Below are positions 23,101-34,168 of a stretch of DNA of 64,000 bases, piece by piece (within the stretch, counting starts at the first letter, position 1; each line of letters begins with the position of its first letter). The notes under the pieces were generated by a model. The model was not told the DNA's origin and made no database searches. It saw only the letters and a list, made by a program, of their open reading frames with translations. This DNA is from Prasinococcaceae sp. CCMP 1430 (Eukaryota; Plantae; Prasinodermophyta), in the NCBI GenBank assembly GCA_013416795.1, contig RQSC01001202.1:62001-126000 (forward strand). The letters run 5' to 3'. Made by a program: the position numbers and the translations under genes.

Positions 23101-23237
23101 GAGTCGTCCCGCTGGACGAGGCGCTCAAGGCGCTCACGCGCTTCCAGACGCGCAGCGGCGGGCGGCGAGTCTCCCGCGCGCGCGGCGCGGGCCGGCGGCG
23201 CGGGCCGCGCGGCTCCAAGGCCTCGCTGGCGGTGTGA
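20127..23237 (+). CDS. ECA3: P2A-type Ca2+/Mn2+-ATPase, ECA3-like; first ~20 codons unresolved
   Basis: [63 protein letters not shown] and [25 protein letters not shown] at 23287. Confidence 0.95.
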   Translation, partial: RGVCDEAAAAARRYGPNALPADESTPLWRLVLKQFDDLLVKILLAAAAVSFVIAVSDAYGDAGASADSTAFVEPFVILLILVANAVVGVLTESGAERAIEELRRYSAERATVLRDGMLSVLPAEELVPGDVIEVAVGDKVPADARMLQTLSGTVSVDQAILTGESATVAKDSEAVVGAASAACVAQDKTCMLFSGTVVVAGRARAVVVGTGQATAIGQIRDSIARSASESKEELTPLKRKLDEFGEFLSKAIGVICLLVWVVNVGHFADPSHGGWMRGCVYYFKIAVALAVAAIPEGLPAVVTTCLALGAKKMAKLNAIVRTLPSVETLGCTSVICSDKTGTLTSNRMSACAVALVQDAASPEPLVQLEVEGTTYEPRGRVRDASGAVVDHPGDLPALARLGACAALCNEAKLVAAQAGAAPTVIGEPTDAALKVLAEKIGLPGFDAMPGALDALGAQARLTYVSSRWEERYRRRSVCEFSRTRKMMSVLCEDAAAVGGAAGGAGRTELFVKGAPESVLARCTRVASNRNGQAGVPLTDSLRHGIMRRVEVLGERRALRTLALAARTFDAGPSNPAHATPELESDLTFLGVVGIHDAPRPEARAAIDRCRAAGIKVVVITGDNRHTALAVCERIGAIEPPASYGGYDAEGGVARADGLAPLLAAGECMTGAEFDALGPERQAEAARSLRLLCRVEPRHKARVVALLQAQGEVVAMTGDGVNDAPALARANIGIAMGSGTAVAKGAADMVLADDNFATIVAAVAEGRAIYNNTKQFIRYMVSSNIGEVVCIFIGAALGMPESLIPVQLLWVNLVTDGLPATALGFNRPEADIMARPPRKESEGIVTRWLAVRYFVVGAYVGLATVGGFAWWFLSYVDGPRMSYAQLVGFHTCAAGVTSFGNGYGCEVFAHRGASTVAMTVLVMVEMFNALNALSENQSLLTLTPRSNKWLVGAIALSVALHCLVLYVPWLAACFSVTPLGYREWRAALCLSFGVVPLDEALKALTRFQTRSGGRRVSRARGAGRRRGPRGSKASLAV

Positions 23238-23414
23238 GCCCTCGCGGGCGAGGCGACGCGCGCGCGTCCCCGTTGGGGCGCGTCGGTGTAACATACATAC
23301 TACACTGTGTATCGACGGCGCGGCGCGCGGGCGCCGTCGCGTTGGGCGCGCATGAGCCGGCTCCGTACAAACGCAGCGAGGACTTACGCACGAGACGAGC
23401 GCGCGCTGACGCAT

Positions 23415-24230
23415 TCACTCCTCCTGCACGGAGCCCACCACGATGGACACACCGAGGATGAGAAGGCTGAGCGCGCTGAAGACGAGCGCGACGGGCGTCT
23501 TCACGCCGTCCGGCAGCAGCAGGAAGCTCGGCGGGATGCACAGGAAGGTGAGTGCGGCAAGCGCGGAGATGTTCTCCTTGGGCGTGGTGAGCACCGACTC
23601 GGCGAGCTCCAGCAGCCCCAGGTCCTCCGCCGTGGACAGCAGGCCCATCGACTCGATCTTCGACAGCGTCAGGCCGCTCTTCTCCAGCGAGGACAGCACC
23701 TTGGCGTCCTCGAGGCCCTGCGGGAACGCGCGTTTGGTCGGGCGCGTGGGAGCGATGTGTGACGCGCTGACGCGTCAGCGCGGGCCGGCGCGCCGCAGGG
23801 CGCCGCGCCTCTCGGGCCGGCGTGCTGAGGCAAACGACCGCCCGCCGGCTCGACCGTCGGCCGGCTACGCACAGCAGCGGCGCCCGGCACTGCGGAGCGC
23901 GCGCGCAGGGCGGAGAGCGCGCGCAGGGCTACGCACCGACAGCACGCCCTTCTTCTCCAGGCCGGTGAACAGCCCGAAGGACTTGACCTCCGAGGTCTCG
24001 TTGAGGAAGGAGACGGTGCCCATCCCCTTGTTCCAGGTGTCCGTGTCGACCTTGAGCACCTTCTTCTTGGCAGCGTACACCGCCAGCGGCGCGCGAGCGG
24101 CGGGGGCGCTCGCGCGGCGGGCGAGAGCCAGTGCTGGGGGGCGGGTGGGCTTAGGTCTGCGCCGAGGGGCGGGTGGCGTGGGGCTGGGCGGGGCGTAGCG
24201 GCGACGATGGCGAACGCGCGTCCACGGCAT
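23415..24230 (-). CDS. RIQ: DUF1118 / RIQ-like thylakoid protein; intron 23936-23718
   Basis: Repeated LEKxGLLS units (GLEKKGVLS|GLEDAKVLSSLEKSGLTLSKIESMGLLSTAEDLGLL), two C-terminal TM helices and a transit-peptide-like N-terminus. Phase-0 GT-AG intron. Confidence 0.75.
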
Positions 24231-24404
24231 ACGCACATCCAGACCGCTGGGCGTCTCGGCGAGTGCGCGGCGTGCACGTAGGCGCCGTGAGCGTGCGTGC
24301 GTGCGTGTGCGTGAGGTAGGTGGTGGTGTGTCAGTGCGCGCATGCACTTGCTCGGGTGGCCGGCAGGGGTGAGTCTGCGCTTGTCCGCAGCACTGTCCTA
24401 AGCT

Positions 24405-27400
24405 ATGGGACAGGCGACCGAGCTGATTGCCGGTGCGCGCGCAGGGGCGGGCGAGGGAGATGGCGACAAGAGCGGCGGTGCCGTGGCGACGAGCTTGAGG
24501 CGCGCGCTCACGGCGCTCTTCGCGCTCGAGCGGCTGCCAGCAAACCCATGCCACTGGCTGTGCGTGCGGCTGCGTGCGCACGAGGACCAATCGGCGCTCT
24601 GGGCCTTGGGTGAGAGGGGCGCAGCGCGCGAGGTGTGCGACAGCGTGCGCGCCATGAGCGGTGCCGGCGCTGCCGAACACCTTGCGCGCACCGACGGCCC
24701 AAATCGCGACGCGATGCCGAGCAACACCGCCTATGGGCTCCCACACCTCGCACAGGCGACCCAAGCAGAAGGCTTCCGGCGCGTGACTGCCGCGCTCCAC
24801 AGCCTGCCCGATTCGCTTATGCCGCGCTCGACCAAGGAGCTCGGCGACTTTGGTGTGCACTCCCTTGTGTCGGTGTGCGCGCCCTCGGCATTTTTCCGTG
24901 CGAGTGTCTCGAGCGTCGCGCAGGCTGGTGCTGACCTACCGGGGCAGCTCGAGCTCCAGGTCGATATGGTTGTCGGCGGACCCAACATCGGCGGCGCGCT
25001 CGAAACATACGCAGCGGTGATCGGGAGCGACGTGCGCGACGTTCACCTGAGCGACGTGCACCTCGTGCGCGGCGTCAGTCTGCCCGCGGAGCTTCAGGGC
25101 ATCGAGGAGCTCCGCCCGCCGCTGGGTGAGATGAGCGGAACGTCATCATCGATGTGGAGAGCCGAGGACGTCTTGTCGCAGCCGCGAGAGTTCATTGCTG
25201 CAGTGAAGCGGTGCGCGTCGACGAAGTGTAGGGCGTCCCTGCACTGCGTCGTCGCAGTCGATGCCGAGGCCGAGGATGCCGCAGCAGCTGAGGCACACGA
25301 CGCTATAGACGGTGCTGGCGCGGGTGCACCCGGGCGCACTATGCGCTATGTGCTCCTCACCAAGCACTACGTCTTCCACTTCCGTCACTCGCCGCAGCAG
25401 CGTGCGGCGTCGCGGGAGGAGACGTCCGCGTATGTGCGCCACTTCGCCAATGAGCCCTACGAGGCCCTGTTCAACGGCGTCTTTCTGGACTCGGGCGCGG
25501 CGACGAGCTACTCGCGGCTTTTCTTCCGCGCGCACGGCATGCCATTCGACATGGAGCATACCAGTCGCGTGCTGAACGGGCTGCTGGACAGGCTGTTGCA
25601 TGAGCACAGCGTTGGTGCGCACCTTCAAGCGATGCAGACACTCCATCTTCTTACGCTGCTCATGCGACCGGTGCTCGACTTTGAGATCGACTTCGCGGAC
25701 GAGCGCGGGTACACTCCGCCGGAAATTCTCGAATTGGAGCAGCTCGCGGAGAAAGTGCTCGGCGGAATTGTCTGTGGGCTGAGTGGCGCAACGTCGGCGT
25801 TCGAGGCATTGGCGTACGAGTGCGTCGCGCTGCAAGAGGTACTAGCCGCCGAGCCCACGCAGTACGCCTCCGCTCGTCTGGGCATCGCTTCGGCGCAGCT
25901 GGCGTCCATCGCCGCGCGCGCGAGGAGAATATTTTGCAACGCACCTGTGGCGGACTTCTCAGGCGTGGCGGGACTCATCGATCGCACGATGGCGGCGCTC
26001 GAGGCACCTGAGACTCTGTCCACAGCGCCGCTGTCGCGCACCGCGCGGCAGCTCGGCGTAGTCGGAGACATCTGCGAGGCGGCTGCCCTCACGTTGGCCG
26101 AGGCGCTACCGCGGCGGTGCCCGGCCGTTGCCCGTACGGTGCAGCTTGCGCGCGAGTTGCGCCCCAAGCCACCGCCACCGCCCGTCGCTGTCGTCGAACT
26201 CCTTGGCGCGCTGGTTGCCGCCTCCGCGCACGAGCAGGCCAGCCGCCCCACCCATTCGCGTGACCTGATCGTAGATCATGCTGTGATGGAGAGCCTGCGG
26301 CTCCGTGCGAGCCCTCCAGCAGTCGCGCGACCCGCAGTGTGCCTGCAGTACTCGATCGACCATCGGCTGGACGACACACTGGCTGAGGTACACCGCGCAA
26401 TCAACACGCCGCCAGTACCGCTCAATCCGTTTCCGAGCGCGCTGCGAGTGCTGCGCGCGCGCGCCACAGAGCAGGAGGTGCCGTTGATCCAACCACCGAG
26501 CGCTGCGGTTGAAAAGTTCTCCAACGTCCTCTTTCAGACGAGCTCGGGGCCGGTGTATGGAACGCGCTGGCGGCGATGGGACCACCCAAGCGTGGCCGCA
26601 GTGGCGGCGGGTGTCGCCGAGCGGGCGGGTGTGGAGAGTCCTGCGGTCTTCGGCACGTATGCTGCCGTGCACGCGGTGCATGCCGAGGCGACTCTGCGAG
26701 CGGCGGCGCTGCTGGGCGGCGCACTCACGCAGCGGCGTGAGTGGCAGGCTGGCGCGTATTCTTTCGAGGTGGCCGTCGGGCTCAGCGGCGATCTCAGCGT
26801 AGGAAACTGCATCGAAACCGGCGCCTATCCGCCCGCGCCTGGCGTGGCTGGTACCGACAGCACAATGCCAATGCTTCAGGTGCACTTGGAGGAGTTGCAC
26901 GTGTGCTCGGGAATCAACATGACGCAGGCGGCGCGCCTCTTCGCCGAGGCCCTCATGCAGCGCGCAGAGGAGCTGCAAGCAAACACGCGCCACGTTGTCG
27001 AATGTGTGAGCACGGGTGCATTCAGCCGCGGGGAGGAGGAGCGAGAGCGCGGCGAGGGCAGCGGCAGTGGCGGGAGGCGGCGAGACTGGGCGATGTCGGA
27101 CATGTTGGCTTCGCAGCGCCTGCGCGAGCGCTGCGTTGAAGCCTTGGCCGCAGAGGGGGCTGCGGGTGCCGACGTGACTCTGCGCATAGTCGCGCGCGCG
27201 GGCGATGGCTACGCGCCCCTGCGTGTACGTTGCCGGCTACACCTGATCGGCGCCGACCCGTACTACGATCTGAGTGCGTACTCAACCGTCTTTCTGTCCC
27301 CAGAGGACGCGCTCCTGTTCCTGACGATGGGGCGCGCGAGCGGCGACCCGGGGGCTCCGGTCCACCGCAACGCAGCGGCGGTGGCGCTCTCGCGCCAGAT

Positions 27401-27884
27401 GAATGCCTGCGAGCGGCGCGGTGACATGCTGGGCGTGCACCGCGCGATGCTGCGGCACATCTGCGTGACGCAGGACTTCGCGCGTGTCGGCTACGCCAGC
27501 CGCGTGCTGCGGTCGCACGCGCTGGAGATTCGCCTGATGCGGGCGACGGGACGCGCGCTCGCACGCCTCGCTGAGGTGCGGGACGCCGTGGTTCAGGAGA
27601 AGCTCGAGCCCGGCGCGGCGGTCACAACGCTGGCAGCGTACGCCGAGGGCTGCGCTTTGCTGCTCGAGTCGCCGCAGTGCTCGGTGAGCTTCACTGGTGT
27701 GCGTCCGCGTGCGCTGTGGGCCCTGGCCTCCACGCGCAAGCAAGTGGGCGGCGCGGGCATGGGCTCGCTGCGAGGCGAGGACAGCACGGCGCTCAGGCGC
27801 GTCAACGTGTGGCTGAAGGCGGTCGAGTACTCTGTGGCGAGCGCACTGCACGACGCGGTCGAGCGCACGCCGCTTCAGCTCTGA
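24405..27884 (+). CDS. Large hypothetical protein (1159 aa) with two docking-domain-like (Dpy-30/RIIa) motifs
   Basis: Long uninterrupted ORF with globular composition. The motifs are ALTALFALERLPANPCHWL and LDDTLAEVHRAINTPPVPLNPF. Confidence 0.7.
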   Translation: MGQATELIAGARAGAGEGDGDKSGGAVATSLRRALTALFALERLPANPCHWLCVRLRAHEDQSALWALGERGAAREVCDSVRAMSGAGAAEHLARTDGPNRDAMPSNTAYGLPHLAQATQAEGFRRVTAALHSLPDSLMPRSTKELGDFGVHSLVSVCAPSAFFRASVSSVAQAGADLPGQLELQVDMVVGGPNIGGALETYAAVIGSDVRDVHLSDVHLVRGVSLPAELQGIEELRPPLGEMSGTSSSMWRAEDVLSQPREFIAAVKRCASTKCRASLHCVVAVDAEAEDAAAAEAHDAIDGAGAGAPGRTMRYVLLTKHYVFHFRHSPQQRAASREETSAYVRHFANEPYEALFNGVFLDSGAATSYSRLFFRAHGMPFDMEHTSRVLNGLLDRLLHEHSVGAHLQAMQTLHLLTLLMRPVLDFEIDFADERGYTPPEILELEQLAEKVLGGIVCGLSGATSAFEALAYECVALQEVLAAEPTQYASARLGIASAQLASIAARARRIFCNAPVADFSGVAGLIDRTMAALEAPETLSTAPLSRTARQLGVVGDICEAAALTLAEALPRRCPAVARTVQLARELRPKPPPPPVAVVELLGALVAASAHEQASRPTHSRDLIVDHAVMESLRLRASPPAVARPAVCLQYSIDHRLDDTLAEVHRAINTPPVPLNPFPSALRVLRARATEQEVPLIQPPSAAVEKFSNVLFQTSSGPVYGTRWRRWDHPSVAAVAAGVAERAGVESPAVFGTYAAVHAVHAEATLRAAALLGGALTQRREWQAGAYSFEVAVGLSGDLSVGNCIETGAYPPAPGVAGTDSTMPMLQVHLEELHVCSGINMTQAARLFAEALMQRAEELQANTRHVVECVSTGAFSRGEEERERGEGSGSGGRRRDWAMSDMLASQRLRERCVEALAAEGAAGADVTLRIVARAGDGYAPLRVRCRLHLIGADPYYDLSAYSTVFLSPEDALLFLTMGRASGDPGAPVHRNAAAVALSRQMNACERRGDMLGVHRAMLRHICVTQDFARVGYASRVLRSHALEIRLMRATGRALARLAEVRDAVVQEKLEPGAAVTTLAAYAEGCALLLESPQCSVSFTGVRPRALWALASTRKQVGGAGMGSLRGEDSTALRRVNVWLKAVEYSVASALHDAVERTPLQL

Positions 27885-27946
27885 CGGAAGGTGCCCACGA
27901 ATGTTCGACTGAATAGTACACATTAGATTGGACCTGCAACTTGTCA

Positions 27947-29400
27947 CTAGCGCACCAGCGCGGCCAGTGACTTCCCCACCCGCGCAACGACAGCCTCGTC
28001 CGCCACCGACGCCGCAATGAATGCGCCGGGGAGTGTCCGGCCTTTCCCTCCGCCCTCGTTGCCGCGGGCCGACCTGCGTCCGCAGTGCGCGCTCCGAGGG
28101 GTCAGCCCAGCGCGGTGGGCCAGCGCGCGTCAAATTCCCCCCACCTACCCACACCCCTGGAAACGCACCTCCGGCTCCCCCCTCGTGCGACCCGCAGGGC
28201 GTCCGCTCGGTGCCTGTACACCCAGTCGACTCTGAAAGCGCTCGGGGAGACGCCGAGCTGCTTGGACGCTGCGCGCATCGCCGCGCCACTGCGGCATACG
28301 CGCTGCAGGGCGCGCGCCGCCTCTCCCCTTCCGCCTTCGACCGCCCTGCACGCGCGCTCATACGGCACGCCATGAAGGCGTTCGTACTCCTCATGCAGCG
28401 CCAGGCGCGGCAGTCCGCGCGGGTGTTCGTCCAGAATCGACGCCACGCGGCGCGCCAGGGCAGCCGCCTGCGGCGGTCGATGTGGGCGTGCGCGCGCGAG
28501 CGTAGCGGGCCGTCTGTCAGCGTCGCGAGGGCCCGCGCGCACACCCTCGCTCGGCCACACGCTCGACGCACCTCATCCTCTCGCATGCTCGTCTCCCCCT
28601 CGATCTCAACTCCGTTCCCCGCGCTCGCGATAAAGGCCTCTTCCTCGCACCTCGCCTCCCACGACCATGTGAGCGCCGCATCCGCCTCCCTCGCGAGCGC
28701 CCTGCCCGCGCGGGTTGGCGCCACCGCCACCGCGAGCGCGCCCCTCGCTCGCGCCCCTCGCAGCGCCGGTGCGAAATCTTGGTCCTGGCTGACGACGACT
28801 ACGGCACCACCGGCACCGTGCGCCTCTGCGAAGGCGCCGATGTGCGCGCGCATGAGTGTGTCGGCGGCCTGGGGGCTCGTGGGGACCTCGTGCACTTCCG
28901 CGCCCGCCGACGACAGAGCCGCGCGCAAAGCGGGGCGCCGTCCCAGCGAGCGGCCGTTGGCGTACACGGCAAAAATGGCGGGCACGCCCTCGCGCTTTTG
29001 ATCGTCCTCGCCGCGCGTGGCGCTAGGGTCGCCTGTCTCGACGTCTGCGTCCCCTCCAGAAACCGCTCTGGCGACCGCCACGAGCGCGCCGGCGAGGTGG
29101 GCGGCGAGCTCAGCGTCGGCGCGGCCGCCCCGCGCGGCAACCGGCACGTTATCGAAATCCCAGAACACGCCCACAGAGAGGCGCTGCGGCCGCCGAGAGG
29201 CCGAGGGGTCCTCATCGAGCGCGGCGACCGGGTGCGCCCGTCCGACCCCCGGCGCAGCGCGCGGCTGTCCGGCAGCGGCCACGGCTGCGCGCAGCGGCCG
29301 GACAGCCGAAGCAGCTCGGGAGCGCGCGCTCGGGCGGCGCTGCGGCGGCGGAACGCGTGCACCCCAGAGCGCGCGGCCGCTGCCATACCTTCCTGCGGCC
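27947..29400 (-). CDS. NYN-domain ribonuclease with a LOTUS/OST-HTH-like domain (MARF1/limkain-like); introns 28571-28468 and about 28145-28074; start uncertain
   Basis: NYN acidic motifs (VFWDFDNVP, AADTLM, VVSQDQDFAPAL). The next exon reads VASILDEHPRGLPRLALHEEYERLHG (LOTUS-like); the last exon ends SLAALVR* at 27947. Confidence 0.75.
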
Positions 29401-29733
29401 GCTCCGCCCCGCTCCCCCTTGGGGATGGGCGGCAGCACCCTCCCCCCCCCCGCGCGCCCGCGCGCGGCTGTGCCACCGCTGGCTGGCACCCCGCGCCACA
29501 CCACGAGGCTCGGGCATGCATTGCTGCGGTTGCGCGTTTTAGGGTAGGGTTTGCATCGCATGTTCGCCGAGCTCGGGCAAACTGTGGCGCGCACTCGCGC
29601 GCAGTCAGGCACGGTGCTGGGCGTGCGCAGGTCGGCAGCCACACCTCGAGCTCCCGTCGGGCGCGGGCGGGCATTGCCCCGCGAGATAGGCCTCTTTCGC
29701 GCGACACACCGCGCGTGCACCGCCGCGAGCGCG

Positions 29734-30807
29734 ATGCTGCCGTGCAGCATTGTGGATGCGTTCGCCGCAGAGGGCGGCGAGTTCACCGGAAACCCTGCGG
29801 CGGTCGTTGTGCTTGGGGCAGCCGCGCCAGGCGCGTGGGCGCCACGCAGCCCTTGCGAGGGTGCGCACTGGCCGGAGGACGCGTATCTCCTGGCCGTGGC
29901 CAAGGAGTTCAACCTCAGCGAGACGGCCTACGTTGCGGCGCTCCCGGCGGCGGATGGCGCGGATGCCGCCGCGTTGCCGCGCTTTGGGCTGCGCTGGTTC
30001 ACGCCTGCCGCTGAGGTCGCACTTTGTGGCCACGCGACGCTTGCGGCAGCGCACGCGCTCTTCGAGCGAGGTGCCGTGCCGAGCGGGGCATGCGCAATTG
30101 CCTTCGACACGCTGCACTCGGGCGAGCTCGTCGTGGAGCGGGAGGAGGCGGCCAGCGACGGAGCAGGCGGTGCGCGCTACGCTATGGACTTTCCTGCTGA
30201 CCCGCCGGGCGGCGACATGCGCGCCGCGGCGGGGGAGGGAGCGGTGGCGGGCGAGGCGTGCCTATCGCCCGCAAATGTGGCAGCTGCGCTCGGCGTGGAA
30301 GACGCGCAGGTGCGCACTGTCGCGCGTGGACGATTCGATTACCTCGTGGAGCTAGAAACCCCTTCGGCCGTCGCGGCCGTCGAGCCAAACCTGGCAGCCG
30401 TCTGCAGAGGCATGCTCGCCAACGCCGACGCCGCCAATGCGGACCCAGCACACCCGTACCCGGCGCGCGGAGTCATCGTGGCCTCAGCAGGTGGCGGTGA
30501 CGGAGAGTATGCGGGCGTCGACTTCGTCAGCCGCGCATTCTTCCCGAATCTCAACATCGATGAGGACCCCGTCTGTGGCAGCGCGCACTGCATGCTCTCC
30601 CCCTACTTTTGGAGCGCGGCTCGGAAGCCGCTCGCGGCCGACGGCGGTGGTGGTAACGGCGGCGAGGCTCCCACGCCGCTGCGCGCGCACCAGCTGAGCG
30701 CGCGCGGCGGCGTAGTCGACTGCGTGGTCACCGCTGGCGGGCGCGTGCGGCTGTCAGGCGCGGCCGTTACGACGATGCGGGGCGAGGTCGTGGGCCCTAA
30801 AAAATAA
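29734..30807 (+). CDS. PhzF/PhzC-like isomerase (DAP-epimerase fold)
   Basis: VDAF...GNPAAVV, EFNLSETAYV, LRWFTPAAEVALCGHATLA, SRAFFP...EDPVCGSAHC and LSARGG motifs. Confidence 0.92.
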   Translation: MLPCSIVDAFAAEGGEFTGNPAAVVVLGAAAPGAWAPRSPCEGAHWPEDAYLLAVAKEFNLSETAYVAALPAADGADAAALPRFGLRWFTPAAEVALCGHATLAAAHALFERGAVPSGACAIAFDTLHSGELVVEREEAASDGAGGARYAMDFPADPPGGDMRAAAGEGAVAGEACLSPANVAAALGVEDAQVRTVARGRFDYLVELETPSAVAAVEPNLAAVCRGMLANADAANADPAHPYPARGVIVASAGGGDGEYAGVDFVSRAFFPNLNIDEDPVCGSAHCMLSPYFWSAARKPLAADGGGGNGGEAPTPLRAHQLSARGGVVDCVVTAGGRVRLSGAAVTTMRGEVVGPKK

Positions 30808-30891
30808 ACCCTAACTATTTTCGACGTCTGTCGGAGCGGCGCAGTGCAGGCGCGCGAATCACCGCGTCGGGGAACCTGCGCATTCGTTTTG

Positions 30892-32637
30892 ATGGGGTAC
30901 TCCTGTACTGTCGAATGTGCGAGAACGTTGCCTGCTCCGCCTTGCGCGAGGGTGGGGCGGGCGGCGCGGGGGGCGCCACAGCCACAGCCTCAGCCGCGTC
31001 GGCGCTCGGCGCTCGGCTGGGCAGGCACGGGGCGATGGTGGCGCGCCGGGCAATGGGCGCCGCACGCGCGTGTGCGCTCGCGGCGCTCAGGCGCGGGCGG
31101 CCTCGGAGTGCCCGGCGTCCTGGGTCCCCGGCCTGTGCGCTGCGCGGCGATCGCGGCCGAGCGTGCCGAGAGGCACCGCGCGCTCGCTGCGTGGCTGCGC
31201 GCGCGCGGCGGCAACGGCACGCGCGCGCTAGCGCCCGACGAGGCTGAGGAGGCGGCTGCGTGTGGTGAGGGCCCATTGCGCGCCACGCTGGCGCTCGGCG
31301 AGGGTACAACTGTGCTCGAGGTGCCATTCTCGGCCGTGCTGAGTGCGCGCTCGCTGGCGAGCGGCAGCTCTGCACTGCGTCGTGCCGCTCAGGGGCAGCC
31401 GGAGTGGGTTGCGCTCGTGCTCGCGCTGCTCCGTGAGGTGCACCTCGGGGAAGCGAGCGAGTTCGCTCCATATGTCGACTCGCTTCCAGAGCACGCGATC
31501 GATGCTGCACCGTTCTCTTGGGAGGCTGCGGACGCGGCGGAGCTGCAGGCATCGCCAGTGCGCGCCCGCGCCGAGGCGCAACGCAGGCACCTGCTCGAGG
31601 CACATACCGCGGTTGTGCGTTCGCTCACGGCCGAGCCGACCGGCGCCAACCCGCTCACTGGTGAAATGGGGAGCGAGCTGGGTTTCGGCGCGTTCGCGTG
31701 GGCGGCCGCGATCGTGTGGAGCCGGTCGTTCGCGTGCCCGCTCGATGCAGGTGGCGACGAGCAAGGCGCTTCCGCCGCAGATGGTGCGCCTGTGCCGTGC
31801 CTCGTCCCACTCGCGGACGCGCTCTCACTCGCACCCGAAGGTGGCGAGCGGGGATGGGAAAGCACTGCAGATGAGGGCGAGCTCGAGGCTGGCGAGGCGG
31901 GCGAGGACAGCGCGACCTTCGTTTTCCGCGTGGGTCAGCGCGTGAGCTACGCTCCAGGGGACATTGTCTATGCCGATTTCGGCACTCGTGCGACCGCCGA
32001 GCTGCTGCTGGCTACCGGCGAGGTCATTTTGAATAATCCTTCAGACACTTTTTCGCTCGCGGCAGGCGACCTCGCTGTCGCGGCGGGATCAAGCCGCGAA
32101 GCGGCCATCGAGAAGAGCCTCATAGCTGAGCAAATCGCTGGCGCCTCGCTGAGCGCGCCGCTCGTGCTGCAGGCCGACGGCATTCGCCCGGAGGTGCTCA
32201 CATTGCTGCGTATCGCAACGCTCGATGACGAACTCGCCGCGAAAGGTGGCAACGCACTTGAAGAAGTCGTCACCGACATCGAGGAGCTCGGCGCGGATGT
32301 AGACCAGAGGGGGGCGGGCAGCGTGGAGGACGCCGCCGCGTACCTCGGCACTCCGCACGAGGAGCGCGCGCTCAAGCTGCTCCGCCGGTTGTGCTTGCTT
32401 GCTCTCGGGAGGTACGGTACGAGCCTGGAAGCAGACGAGATGCAGCTCGCGCTGGCGAGCGCTGGCGGCGGTGCGCACAAACGCTCGCACTCTCGTGCGG
32501 CGCCTGGCACCACCGCTGCGCGCCGTCTGGCGGCGCTCAAGATGCGCATCGCAGAGAAGCGCATTCTTGAGGCCACGCTTGAGGAGGTCGCCAGGGCGAT
32601 GGCGCGACTCAATCCCAACAGGCGCACAGAACTGTGA
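30892..32637 (+). CDS. SET-domain protein of the Rubisco-LSMT/SETD class; start uncertain
   Basis: LEVPFSAVLS, LVLALLREVHLGEASEFAPYVDSLP, FAWAAAIVWSRSF, CLVPLAD and a C-terminal substrate-binding region. The protein ends in RTEL. Confidence 0.82.
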   Translation: MGYSCTVECARTLPAPPCARVGRAARGAPQPQPQPRRRSALGWAGTGRWWRAGQWAPHARVRSRRSGAGGLGVPGVLGPRPVRCAAIAAERAERHRALAAWLRARGGNGTRALAPDEAEEAAACGEGPLRATLALGEGTTVLEVPFSAVLSARSLASGSSALRRAAQGQPEWVALVLALLREVHLGEASEFAPYVDSLPEHAIDAAPFSWEAADAAELQASPVRARAEAQRRHLLEAHTAVVRSLTAEPTGANPLTGEMGSELGFGAFAWAAAIVWSRSFACPLDAGGDEQGASAADGAPVPCLVPLADALSLAPEGGERGWESTADEGELEAGEAGEDSATFVFRVGQRVSYAPGDIVYADFGTRATAELLLATGEVILNNPSDTFSLAAGDLAVAAGSSREAAIEKSLIAEQIAGASLSAPLVLQADGIRPEVLTLLRIATLDDELAAKGGNALEEVVTDIEELGADVDQRGAGSVEDAAAYLGTPHEERALKLLRRLCLLALGRYGTSLEADEMQLALASAGGGAHKRSHSRAAPGTTAARRLAALKMRIAEKRILEATLEEVARAMARLNPNRRTEL

Positions 32638-32729
32638 GAACGCGCCGCCTTGGGCTCCATCGCCGAGGAGACAACTTCAAGCTACTCGACGTGCTGACAG
32701 CCAATTAATAAATAATTTACATCGTGCAT

Positions 32730-34168
32730 TCATGCTGGCTCCCCGCCCGCCTCTCTCGGCGGTGGCAACACACCCACCGCGAGCAGCGCAGTGGAGCTGG
32801 CCGCCGCCGTCGTGCTGACCGCCAGCGCTCCTGCTGCGCCCACCGCGAGCGGCGCCAACCCGACGCCATTAAACACCGACGCGGAGATGCTCAGCCCGAG
32901 GCCCGCCATGGCGACGCCCAGCAGGTTGGAGGCCAGCGTGCCTCCCACGAAGCTGGTGGCCTTTTTCCAGGCCGCGCATGCGTCAGGCGACATCGTGCCA
33001 CTGCTCGCGGTCGCGTCACCAGCAGAGCGCAACAGCGCGGCCGCCATGAAGGCGAGCACGAAGGCAGGCACGGCCTTGCGCAACGCCGAGACAGACGGCT
33101 GCGGTGATGAGGGAAGCGCGCGCGCGTCGATGCCGCCCATGCAGACGAGGCGGGCGGGCGCACGGGGCCGTTGCGATGCGCACGTAGCGCGACGACAGCG
33201 CGTCAGCGGAAATCGAGTAAATACCACATCGCGTGTAAGCACGCCTACCTGCGTCGCGTATCCCGCACCTTGCCGCCGCCGACGCTGATGGCCATCGCGG
33301 GAAGCGCCGCTGCCAGGAAGCCGTTGCGCATGAGCTTCGTGATGGCAGCGGTCTTAAAAGCCTCCTCGTCGCCGTATGTTCTCTCGTACGCGAGCCCCGC
33401 GCCCATAACCTGCGCGGTATCGTGTATCGCGAGCCCCAGGAACACGCCCGCCTGCTCAGAAGTCTCGCACAGTGCGTGCGCCATGGCTGGGTATAGCAGC
33501 ATCCCCGCTGAGCCCCAGGCGACCACGTTGGCAACGGCGAGCGCGACCTCCGCCTCGGTAGCCGCGATGACCGGTGCGAGCGCGGAGACCGCGGTCACAC
33601 CACACACTGAGGTGCCGACTGCAAGCAGCGCGCCGAGCCGCGGCGCAAGCCCAGCGTAGCGCGCGATGGCCGGGATGACCGTCAGGCCGACGCCCATGGA
33701 CGCAAGGACAGCGGGCAGGCCAGCCGCACCGGCCGCAGCGGCGTCGGCGAGCGAGAGCTTCGCCCCGACACAGACAATCCCCGCAGGCAGAGCTCGTGCC
33801 TTGAGCAGCGCGAGCCCCGGCGCAACGGCCGCAGCCCTCGCTGGCGTGCGCAGCGCCGCGTGCCTCAGTGCCGCGCCCATCGCGATGGCGACGGGCACGC
33901 CAGATAGCGGCAGCGCATCTGGAGCGGCGCCGGCGAGCGCGTCGGCGGCGAGCCAGACGCCCGCAGCGGCTGCGACCCCTGCCAGCGGCGACGTGCCTCC
34001 GGGAGGAGGCGCAACGCGCGAAGCTACGGGCGCCTGCTGTTGAACAGCCGCACGCGCGTGCTGCTGCGCAAGGCGCGCCGCGGGAGGCGTTGTCGGCGCG
34101 GGCGCACGCAGCTGCCAGCCCCGCACACGCGGGCAGACGCGCGCCGCCGCCGCTGCCGCAGCAAGCAT
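32730..34168 (-). CDS. YeiH/UPF0324 (putative sulfate exporter family) membrane protein with an organellar presequence; intron 33268-33099
   Basis: LPAGIVCVGAKLS, LLAVGTSVCGVTAVSALAPVI, GLAIHDTAQVMGAG, AITKLMRN and AMAGLGL. Phase-0 intron; reverse TGTAA at 32717-32721. Confidence 0.88.
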
